Program-made: the position numbers and the translations under genes | Part shown: positions 57,217-64,000 of the stretch, piece by piece | Layout: each line of letters starts with the position of its first letter | Position numbering within the stretch: the first letter of the stretch is position 1 | From: a virus | Lineage: Duplodnaviria; Caudoviricetes | IMG/VR virus record: IMGVR_UViG_3300010355_000898 | Span: 96,001 to 160,000 of that record | Strand: one strand, 5' to 3' | DNA length: 64,000 nt | The notes under the pieces: model-generated | What the model saw: only the letters and a program-made list of their open reading frames with translations | Database searches by the model: none | What the model was told of the DNA's origin: nothing

Positions 57217-57291
57217 GCTCTCGTACTCATCTGGTGAGGAGGCCGGCTTGTCACGCCGAGGAGGAGGGTTCGATCCCCTTCGAGAGCGCCA
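57217..57291 (+). tRNA. tRNA-Asp(GTC)
   Basis: Loop TTGTCAC; CCA. Confidence 0.9.
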
Positions 57292-57450
57292 AGCCGGTCA
57301 TTTGGGTTCGAGTCCCAATGCAATTTAGTCAGGCCAGTTGAAAGTTTCATGATATAGTTGGACACTCATCATGAAATGAGTAACTGAGAGTGGTCTACCT
57401 CAATAGTCCAACATTGAGTTTGTATCATCTAATTGGCAGGATACCGGCAG
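57292..57450 (+). ncRNA. Circularly permuted tRNA-like RNA 1
   Basis: 3' half (GCCGG, T arm TTGGG-TTCGAGT-CCCAA, TGCAATT) precedes 5' half (GTTTGTA, D arm ATCT-AATTGGCA-GGAT, CCGGC). Confidence 0.7.
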
Positions 57451-57457
57451 TTATTTT

Positions 57458-57536
57458 GGGTCTAATGATGGTTCTGTATGCAATTGAACCCACAAATGGA
57501 AATTGTATACGTTGGGTTCAATTCCCAATAGATCCA
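57458..57536 (+). ncRNA. Miniature tmRNA-like (tRNA-like-domain only) RNA
   Basis: GGGTCTA/TAGATCC-A acceptor with G3-U70, stemless D loop, 10-bp helix, canonical T arm. Confidence 0.6.
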
Positions 57537-57545
57537 CTAAATAAT

Positions 57546-57621
57546 GGGTTGTTAGCTGATATGGTTATAGCATGCGCCTGAAGAGCGCGGGAATTCAGTT
57601 CGATTCTGAAACAACTCACCA
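57546..57621 (+). tRNA. tRNA-Phe(GAA)
   Basis: Loop CTGAAGA; CCA. Confidence 0.9.
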
Positions 57622-57660
57622 GAGGTTGAGTGGTGTGCCTCTAAGAAAGCACCACACCAA

Positions 57661-57737
57661 CGAAGTCGACAGGCAAGGTCGCCGAAGAATCCTGATAAGA
57701 TTCTGTATGCTGGGTTCGATTCCCAGGACTTCGACCA
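57661..57737 (+). tRNA. tRNA-Ile(GAT)
   Basis: Loop CTGATAA; CCA. Confidence 0.85.
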
Positions 57738-57837
57738 ATGTGCATGATATCGCGGAGATATCATATTCAGAGTGTTAAAGATCTGAATACCGAATATCAA
57801 ACCTGATCAGTTTATACGGTGCCACTTTAACAGCTAT

Positions 57838-57911
57838 GTCTCATTAGTGTAATGGTAGCACGATGGTTTCCAAGTCCATCTGTCAGGGTTCAAATCCTTG
57901 GTGAGATGCCA
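57838..57911 (+). tRNA. tRNA-Trp(CCA)
   Basis: Loop TTCCAAG, G73, CCA. Confidence 0.85.
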
Positions 57912-58021
57912 AGTAGACGGTTGTAGCGTTCAACGATTAGTGTCTACTCTGAGTGTAGGTGTGACAGCAGGCCCGCTCAGCGCAAGTAACGCAATGAATT
58001 GTGAAACACTGTTGTCACCAT

Positions 58022-58096
58022 GCGTCAATAACTCAATGGTAGAGTAGCGGGCTTTTAACCCGTTAGTTGAGAGTTCAAGTCTCTCTTGACGCACCA
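58022..58096 (+). tRNA. tRNA-Lys(TTT)
   Basis: Loop CTTTTAA; CCA. Confidence 0.93.
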
Positions 58097-58098
58097 AT

Positions 58099-58173
58099 AT
58101 GCCTGTGGTGAAATGGGATCATATCCGGTTTTTAACCGGTAAGTTGGGGGTTCAAATCCCTTCAGGCGTACCA
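58099..58173 (+). tRNA. tRNA-Lys(TTT)
   Basis: Loop TTTTTAA; CCA. Confidence 0.85.
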
Positions 58174-58175
58174 TC

Positions 58176-58250
58176 GGGAGTGTAGGACCGGTCGACCTAG
58201 GATGTCTTATAAACATCCGTAGCTCAGTTCAACTCTGAGCACTCCCACCA
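58176..58250 (+). tRNA. tRNA-Ile(TAT)
   Basis: Loop CTTATAA; CCA. Confidence 0.82.
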
Positions 58251-58255
58251 ACAAT

Positions 58256-58339
58256 GCTCACATGGCGGAATGGCAGACGCGGCTGACTCAAAATCAGCTA
58301 CCGAAAGGTGTGGGGGTTCAAGTCCCTCTGTGAGCACCA
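58256..58339 (+). tRNA. tRNA-Leu(CAA)
   Basis: Loop CTCAAAA; CCA. Confidence 0.93.
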
Positions 58340-58340
58340 T

Positions 58341-58415
58341 GTTCCACAGCTCTGCGATGAGTAATTGCGTCTGCAAAACGTTGGTGGGTCAGTTCAATTC
58401 TGACGTGGAACTCCA
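58341..58415 (+). tRNA. tRNA-Cys(GCA)
   Basis: Loop CTGCAAA; U73; CCA. Confidence 0.82.
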
Positions 58416-58420
58416 AATTT

Positions 58421-58496
58421 GCCCATGTAGTTCAATTGGCAGAACACATGTCTCGTAAACATGAAGTTAACAGTTCAATTCTGTTCTTGGGCTCCA
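58421..58496 (+). tRNA. tRNA-Thr(CGT)
   Basis: Loop CTCGTAA; CCA. Confidence 0.9.
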
Positions 58497-58507
58497 ACAA
58501 AATTAAT

Positions 58508-58583
58508 GGCTCTGTCATCTAACGGCTTAGGATGTTAGACTTTCTATCTGATCATACGGGTTCAAATCCCGTCAGAGTCACCA
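58508..58583 (+). tRNA. tRNA-Glu(TTC)
   Basis: Loop CTTTCTA; CCA. Confidence 0.9.
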
Positions 58584-58584
58584 T

Positions 58585-58656
58585 CGTTACTGCACAAGGT
58601 GTGACCAGAATTTCATAAGTTCTTGGGTGAGGGTTCGATTCCCTCAGTAACGACCA
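58585..58656 (+). tRNA. tRNA with CAT anticodon (Met/Ile2)
   Basis: Loop TTCATAA; short D arm; CCA. Confidence 0.82.
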
Positions 58657-58965
58657 ACACAATCTGTTCAAGTGACTGAAGTCAAGCCCCTTACTCGGGG
58701 GTGAAGTACCAATGCCAGAAACTGATTGGGTCCAAGGATAGTGAAACAGAACGCAATGTAGTCTCGTTGGACGATCAGGCAGTTTCTTAATCGTCAGCCA
58801 GATGTAATGGTCAAGATAACAATGACTCAGAGTTGCAACCATTTGTGGTGAAAATCCATCATATCAGTAACAGTCAGCGAGGCTAGCTGATTGGATATGT
58901 GACAGAAATGCAGTTTCATGAAAGTAGGTGATAGGGTTGAGATCCTATCCGGGACAGAATGTGTT
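58656..58965 (+). ncRNA. ~310-nt structured non-coding RNA candidate
   Basis: Ends pair (AACACA-A-TCTGTTC / GGACAGA-A-TGTGTT); many internal helices; lies between two tRNAs. Confidence 0.6.
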
Positions 58966-58972
58966 GATTTAT

Positions 58973-59056
58973 GCTCACGTGGTTGGAATAGCAGACACGG
59001 CAGTCTCAAAAATTGCTGGGAGAAATCTCGTGGGGGTGCAAGTCCCTCCGTGAGCA
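58973..59056 (+). tRNA. tRNA-Leu(CAA)
   Basis: Loop CTCAAAA. Confidence 0.87.
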
Positions 59057-59179
59057 CTGATGAAAATGTGTGTGACAGCTAATGAGAACACTGCTCGTTA
59101 AGTTGATGACCGTCAATGGAGAAATCATATCAGTTGGGTTCATAACATCTAATCATACACCAGTAGTCACCGGTTCGAT

Positions 59180-59251
59180 TCTCCGGTAGCTCAGCGGGAG
59201 AGCGGGAAGCTGTTAACTTCTTGGTCGTAGGTTCGATCCCTACCTGGAGAG
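59180..59251 (+). tRNA. tRNA-Asn(GTT)
   Basis: Loop CTGTTAA. Confidence 0.9.
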
Positions 59252-59264
59252 CAATTTTTATCAT

Positions 59265-59352
59265 GGAAGGTCAACCCAATTGGCGATGGGAGCTGTTTTG
59301 AACACAGTCGAGTGTAAGAGCCTTGGGGGTTCAACTCCCTCACCTTCCGCCA
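59265..59352 (+). tRNA. tRNA-Ser(TGA)
   Basis: Loop TTTGAAC; long arm; GCCA. Confidence 0.9.
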
Positions 59353-59442
59353 AGTTCTGAGTGCACTCAGAGGTGTTCCCAATTGACACCAAGTGGAAAC
59401 TGTATTCCACGCAATTGAATATTCCTGGGTCACCCTGGGGAT

Positions 59443-59514
59443 GCGATCGAGGCCGACTGGTGAGGCGATTGCTTGCCAAGCAATCTTATGTGGGTTCAAT
59501 TCCCATCGATCGCT
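59443..59514 (+). tRNA. tRNA-Gly(GCC)
   Basis: Loop TTGCCAA. Confidence 0.9.
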
Positions 59515-59517
59515 CTA

Positions 59518-59707
59518 AGCTGGAGACATTGGTTCGAATCCAATCAAGATAAAGAGTATCAAATACTGTGAAGTTACCATCACTTGAATGTACATAGCGC
59601 TTAAAGTAATTTTAGAAGAAAATGTTCTAGACAAATATTCTAAAATGATGACATTCTAAATGGTTGAGAAATTTATTTTGTAGCTCAATTGGCAAGAGCA
59701 ACAGCAG
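59518..59707 (+). ncRNA. Circularly permuted tRNA-like RNA 2
   Basis: 3' half (GCTGG-AGAC, T arm ATTGG-TTCGAAT-CCAAT, CAAGATA) precedes 5' half (TATTTTG-TA-GCTC-AATTGGCAA-GAGC-A-ACAGC). Confidence 0.8.
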
Positions 59708-59713
59708 ATTTTT

Positions 59714-59807
59714 GGAAGACAAATCAGTCAGGGACTGAACCTGTTTGCTAAACAGTGGGCTACCCATGAAGAATGGGAGTGGGTTTCGAGTACTCTGTCT
59801 TCCGCCA
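59714..59807 (+). tRNA. tRNA-Ser(GCT)
   Basis: Loop TTGCTAA; long arm; GCCA. Confidence 0.87.
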
Positions 59808-59808
59808 T

Positions 59809-59896
59809 AGAGAGTAAATTAACGAAGCGTTAAGCCTGTCTCGAAAACAGTGCGATGGTTGATGAAATCATTGGGGATCAGGACCTCTGCTCTCTG
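59809..59896 (+). tRNA. tRNA-Ser(CGA)
   Basis: Loop CTCGAAA; long arm. Confidence 0.82.
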
Positions 59897-59901
59897 CAAA
59901 T

Positions 59902-59990
59902 GGAAGGTAAACCGGTTAGGATACCGGGCATGTTTGGAAAACATTGAGAAGGTTAAAAACTTTGTGTTTCGAGTACACTGCTTTCCGCCA
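59902..59990 (+). tRNA. tRNA-Ser(GGA)
   Basis: Loop TTGGAAA; GCCA. Confidence 0.85.
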
Positions 59991-59992
59991 AT

Positions 59993-60067
59993 GTCCCAAT
60001 AGTATAGTGGCAATTATGCATCCTTGGTAAGGATGAAACCTGGGTTCGATTCCCAGTTGGGGCTCCA
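59993..60067 (+). tRNA. tRNA-Thr(GGT)
   Basis: Loop TTGGTAA; CCA. Confidence 0.9.
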
Positions 60068-60071
60068 TAAT

Positions 60072-60143
60072 GCGCACAGAGTGTGCTGGGTACACATCAC
60101 CATGACGGGGTGAACAGGTTGAGTTCAATTCTCAATGTGCGCA
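60072..60143 (+). tRNA. tRNA-Val(GAC)
   Basis: Loop ATGACGG. Confidence 0.85.
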
Positions 60144-60172
60144 CAGATTGTTTCAACACAATATTTAACGTT

Positions 60173-60784
60173 ATGTCTATTGATACAAAACGTTGGGGTA
60201 AAATTGCCGGGATTCTCAAAGAGAATATGTGGGATGCAACAACTGATGCATTGCAACGTGATTGCAGGTGTGAAAGTTGTGGTAAAATCATAACACAGGA
60301 TGATATTGATGAGTATGAGGCAGAAGGTGGAGAAGGTTGTCCTGCTGTTTGCACAGATTGTGCTGATGAAGAGGCAAGATTGCCATCATCGGGTGCAAAA
60401 CATATGTGGGAAAGTTTTTCTGTCAGCATTATGCAGGAAGCACCATACATTTATAAACCATTCAAGAGCACTGCTCCTGCTCCAATGTGTCAAGCTTGTG
60501 GAAATGAATTGACATATAGGGATAGAGTTGAGTATGAGAATGAGGGTGGAGAAGGTTGGCCAGAACTCTGCAGTGATTGCACAGATTACAAAAATCCTAA
60601 ATGGGCTCAAACAAAAAAGTCAATTGAAGAGGTTGACGAACCGGTTGTTGGAGCAGATCCCAATTGCAAAAATTGTGCAGGAACTGGGTGGGAATATGAA
60701 ACCGGTCAGGATGGTGAACGTGAAAAGGTCAATTGTGACTGTATTCACAAACGTAAATCAGATAAATTGGCAATGAAAAAATAA
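60173..60784 (+). CDS. Cys-rich protein with duplicated zinc-ribbon module and DnaJ-type CxxCxGxG
   Basis: Two CxxCGxxxTxxDxxEYExEGGEGxPxxCxDC repeats; CKNCAGTG; TATTTA-N5-ATG. Confidence 0.75.
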   Translation: MSIDTKRWGKIAGILKENMWDATTDALQRDCRCESCGKIITQDDIDEYEAEGGEGCPAVCTDCADEEARLPSSGAKHMWESFSVSIMQEAPYIYKPFKSTAPAPMCQACGNELTYRDRVEYENEGGEGWPELCSDCTDYKNPKWAQTKKSIEEVDEPVVGADPNCKNCAGTGWEYETGQDGEREKVNCDCIHKRKSDKLAMKK

Positions 60785-60837
60785 CAAATTCTTGGTGCAC
60801 AATCTGACAGCGTACAGTAATATCAGATTGTGAACAT

Positions 60838-60913
60838 GGCTCTGTCATCTAATGGTTTAGGATCACAGACTTTCGATCTGTTTATGCGCGTTCGAATCGC
60901 GTCAGAGTCACCA
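60838..60913 (+). tRNA. tRNA-Glu(TTC)
   Basis: Loop CTTTCGA; CCA. Confidence 0.9.
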
Positions 60914-60916
60914 TAT

Positions 60917-60990
60917 TGGGATATAGCTCAAAGGCAGAGCAACCGGCTTTGAACCGGTGTATGTTGGTTCGATTCCAGCTATCCCAACCA
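60917..60990 (+). tRNA. tRNA-Gln(TTG)
   Basis: Loop CTTTGAA; CCA. Confidence 0.9.
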
Positions 60991-60996
60991 ATCAAA

Positions 60997-61329
60997 GGGG
61001 CGAACAGGTTTCGACGGGTTTGCTCATTCACAGTAAGCATGCAGTGTGAACAACTCTTTGTTCAGAATATTTGCAAACACAAATACACAAGATTTCGCAC
61101 TTGCTGCGTAAATCGCTGTCTGTGCACCATGAGATCTGATGTACAGATGGTTCAATTTTGATCTCAAACTGTTGTCTGATGATTTGGGTCAACAGTGTTC
61201 AGAAATCTGAGATGATAATCGTCGCATAAAAAGTTATCAACCTGCGCACAGGTTATTGCGCTGAAGCATGTGATAGAAAACTGTGAATGTAAAATTCGGA
61301 CATGGGTTCAATTCCCATACGCTCCACAA
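60997..61329 (+). ncRNA. ssrA: tmRNA
   Basis: GGGGCG...GGTTTCGAC 5' end, G3-U70, tag ANTNTQDFALAA* at 61073-61111, 3' GGAC-ATGGG-TTCAATT-CCCAT-ACGCTCCA. Confidence 0.95.
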
Positions 61330-61383
61330 CATTGCTATTCAATTGTCAACACAATTCAATCAGTAAATTCTGAAAGAAAAATA

Positions 61384-61902
61384 ATGTCAACAAAAGTGCT
61401 CCTCCTAACATCATGGTATTTTCCTCACAAGATTATCACTTGGGAAGCTGCAATCAATCTCATCTTCAATGATAAGGTTGATATCATAGCTTCATATGAT
61501 GAAGATCTCAGATCACCATCAATGGTGATGAAAATGCCTGCAGTTCTCAGATTGAGGAAACAGTTCAAACCTTCAAAGAAGGGTGCAAAATTTTCACGTA
61601 TCAATGTCTTCACAAGGGATGATTGGACATGTCAATATTGTGGAAAACGATTCACAATGAGAGAATTGACGTATGATCATGTCATTCCAAGGAAACATGG
61701 AGGCAGAACTGAATGGGACAACATTGTCACAGCGTGCAAAAATTGTAACGCAAAAAAAGCAAGCCTCCTGCCAGATGAGGCAGGTATGTGGCCTGTGCAT
61801 CAACCCATCAGACCCAAGAGTATGCCTTTCATTCAGCCAAGAATTCATGCTGAGGACATTCCCCCAGAATGGGAAGGTTACATTGTTGCAACACCAGAAT
61901 AG
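61384..61902 (+). CDS. HNH endonuclease
   Basis: FSRINVFTRD..TCQYCG...TYDHVIPR..GG...W.NIVTACKNCNAKK. Confidence 0.93.
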   Translation: MSTKVLLLTSWYFPHKIITWEAAINLIFNDKVDIIASYDEDLRSPSMVMKMPAVLRLRKQFKPSKKGAKFSRINVFTRDDWTCQYCGKRFTMRELTYDHVIPRKHGGRTEWDNIVTACKNCNAKKASLLPDEAGMWPVHQPIRPKSMPFIQPRIHAEDIPPEWEGYIVATPE

Positions 61903-62338
61903 TGCTCAAGATTTGATAATGTACATTCACAATGATGAAATTGTGTCAATAGCATTAATCAATCATACTGATACAACCAGTATAAATTCAAAATCAATGT
62001 TTAGTAAACATATACGAATGTTTTCATTAACAACAGGACACTATTTGTACAAATTGTCATCAAAATCTGAAGTTGTTGATGTCTATCAACAACCAAAATT
62101 TGGTATGATCAGAAAGAAATTTGAAAAATGTTAACGTTTTTTGTGGTGTTCAGTATTGTGCAATTTGTGATTTTGTGTGCAACAATTCACAGATTTTGGA
62201 AATTTTCAAATGCAACAAATGCGTGTTTCAATGATGTTCAAAACATTTTTCAGACACACAATGCAATGTTTACACAAATTGCAAAAATTTTGAACGTTCG
62301 AAAAGATCAGAATGATGAAGGAGAATATTTGAATTAGT

Positions 62339-62677
62339 ATGAAAAAGTTTATTGCGTTGAGCACAATTCTGTTGTTGATTGCTTGTTGCAACGTTGGTGC
62401 ACCACAAGGTCCGCTTGGAACTAGCGGAAATGAAACTGAATTGAGGGTCGGTACAACCACAATTGATACACCATCAGAAAAGAATGATAACTGCAATCAG
62501 TGTCCATGCAATGAAGATGAAATTCCAGTATGTGTTGGAGAAGATGTCAAATTGGTCATCAATACAATGGATCAAGTTGAATTAATCCTCACCGGAGAAG
62601 CAGATCTCAATCTTCAGAAAGAAGTGAAAGATAATGATAACACTTATCTAAATTTTGTATACACACATACATGGTGA
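62339..62677 (+). CDS. Putative lipoprotein
   Basis: MKK, hydrophobic stretch, LIAC lipobox. Confidence 0.55.
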   Translation: MKKFIALSTILLLIACCNVGAPQGPLGTSGNETELRVGTTTIDTPSEKNDNCNQCPCNEDEIPVCVGEDVKLVINTMDQVELILTGEADLNLQKEVKDNDNTYLNFVYTHTW

Positions 62678-62792
62678 TCTGTTGTGACATTGTTCTGCTA
62701 TCAACAGAATTCCGAAATTCTGTTTGGGTATTGTAACATCAGCATAAAAATCAGTTAAACAGTTTGTGATCTGACACTTATACATAATCTTT

Positions 62793-63341
62793 ATGAAGAT
62801 TGGCTACATAGTGATGGCCGCAAAGCCTTATCATGCAGGACATGATGGGCTTGTTCGCATTGCGGCAGGTGAATGTGATCATGTAAAATTGTACATTTCA
62901 ACATCTGACAGAATCAGGAAGGGTGAAATCAAAATTTCTGGCGCTGCAATGGAATACATTTGGAAAGAATTCATTATCAGAACACTGCCAGATAATGTTG
63001 AACCAATCTATGGTAAAGTCACTGTAAGAAATGTTTATGAAGATCTGCAGGCTGCTGAGAGTGAAGGATCACTTGATGTGCACATTCTGTATGGTGATGA
63101 GCATGATGTTGAGAATGAATTCCCTGATAAGTCACTTGAAAAGTACGTACCAAATCTTTTCAAAAATGGTCAAATCATCAAACGTGGTGTGATGAGAACA
63201 GAAACGGTTCCTGTCTCAGGAACAAAAATGCGGGAATTGATTGCAATGGGTGATGAAGTGAACTTCAAAAAGTTTCTCCCAAAACAGTTGCAAAAGTATG
63301 CAAATCGTATATTCAGTCTGTTAACAAACAGTGAATTGTAA
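62793..63341 (+). CDS. Cytidyltransferase-like (HxGH) nucleotidyltransferase
   Basis: KPYHAGH...VSGTKMR. Confidence 0.85.
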   Translation: MKIGYIVMAAKPYHAGHDGLVRIAAGECDHVKLYISTSDRIRKGEIKISGAAMEYIWKEFIIRTLPDNVEPIYGKVTVRNVYEDLQAAESEGSLDVHILYGDEHDVENEFPDKSLEKYVPNLFKNGQIIKRGVMRTETVPVSGTKMRELIAMGDEVNFKKFLPKQLQKYANRIFSLLTNSEL

Positions 63342-63365
63342 TCAATTACGCAATACAATTATGGA

Positions 63366-64000
63366 ATGGGCCTAGGACTTGTTTGTCAATTTGTTGTACA
63401 ACAGAATGGAAAATTGAAAAATATTCTTGATGAGAGACATGTTAAACAGATGTCAATCAAATCAGGAAAATATTCTGACGCTGATCTCATTGAATTGTAC
63501 AGAACCAATGCACAAAATCTCCTGAAACAGATCAGTATGATCTCTTCAAAATATTCGTGCTTCAGGATATCATCTGAACTGTTCCCAATGATGGACGCGG
63601 TCAGCGAACACTTATGGTGCACTGATGAAAACATGAACACATTGAAACAGTGTGGTGATGTGATGCGTAAACATGGCACTCGTTGGGGTATGCATCCAGG
63701 TCAATTCTGTATTCTGTCTTCAGATCATCAACATGTTGTTGACAATGCACTCACATCCCTTCGCGTGCACGCGAAGGTTATGAACATGTTCAGTTCTGAT
63801 GTGAACCCTTTGCATTACATCAATATTCATGGTGGAAAATCTGATCGTGCAGCAAATCTGTCAAAACAGATCAACCTGTTGCCAAGTGACATTAAAAGCA
63901 GATTGACACTTGAAAATTGTGAATTGTGCTATTCTGTTGAAGAACTGCTTCCTGTACATCTTGAAACTGGTGTTCCAATCACATTTGATTTGCATCACCA
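63366..64000 (+). CDS. uvsE: UV damage endonuclease (3'-truncated by window edge)
   Basis: Not in the ORF track. Translates LGLVC...FRISSELFP...MHPGQFCILSS...NIHGG...RLTLENCE...FDLHH. Confidence 0.92.
   Translation, partial: MGLGLVCQFVVQQNGKLKNILDERHVKQMSIKSGKYSDADLIELYRTNAQNLLKQISMISSKYSCFRISSELFPMMDAVSEHLWCTDENMNTLKQCGDVMRKHGTRWGMHPGQFCILSSDHQHVVDNALTSLRVHAKVMNMFSSDVNPLHYINIHGGKSDRAANLSKQINLLPSDIKSRLTLENCELCYSVEELLPVHLETGVPITFDLHH

Noticed and set aside
58656-58965. Group I intron-containing tRNA, RNase P RNA or second tmRNA
   Set aside because: I could not find P7/J8-7, the RNase P GAGGAAAGUCC signature, or G3-U70 with a tag ending in ALAA; kept as an unassigned ncRNA.
57292-59707. Permuted genes maturing into decoding tRNAs
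   Set aside because: Joining the ends gives loops starting AG with no U33 and no plausible anticodon, so a mimic role is preferred; not fully excluded.
54963-61161. ORF-track calls overlapping tRNAs and tmRNA
   Set aside because: They coincide with clear RNA genes; only 56984-57100 and 60173-60784 look coding.

Overview
A 64-kb segment that looks like a jumbo (huge) bacteriophage genome read with the standard genetic code, and by eye strongly depleted in CpG and TpA. Left end: GroEL (partial), translation initiation factor IF-1 and three tandem R-S-E-type ADP-ribosyltransferase paralogues. About 5-19 kb and 44-51 kb: dense arrays of small, distantly paralogous hypothetical ORFs. About 19-43 kb: early-type region with a MoxR-like AAA+ ATPase, RadA-like ATPase, HExxH/vWA protein, ATP-dependent DNA ligase, nucleotidyltransferase and Nudix hydrolase, driven by many copies of a GTGAAW-N17-TANNNT promoter that often yields leaderless mRNAs. 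About 55-61.3 kb: an array of about 41 tRNAs covering all 20 amino acids, ending in a tmRNA; then an HNH endonuclease, a cytidyltransferase-like protein and UvsE (partial). The strongest novel candidate lies between the tRNAs: two circularly permuted tRNA-like genes (3' half first, anticodon loop open, acceptor ends joined by a structured 92- or 122-nt insert), a miniature tmRNA-like RNA with G3-U70, and a ~310-nt structured RNA. All calls come from manual reading; no database searches or folding programs were run.
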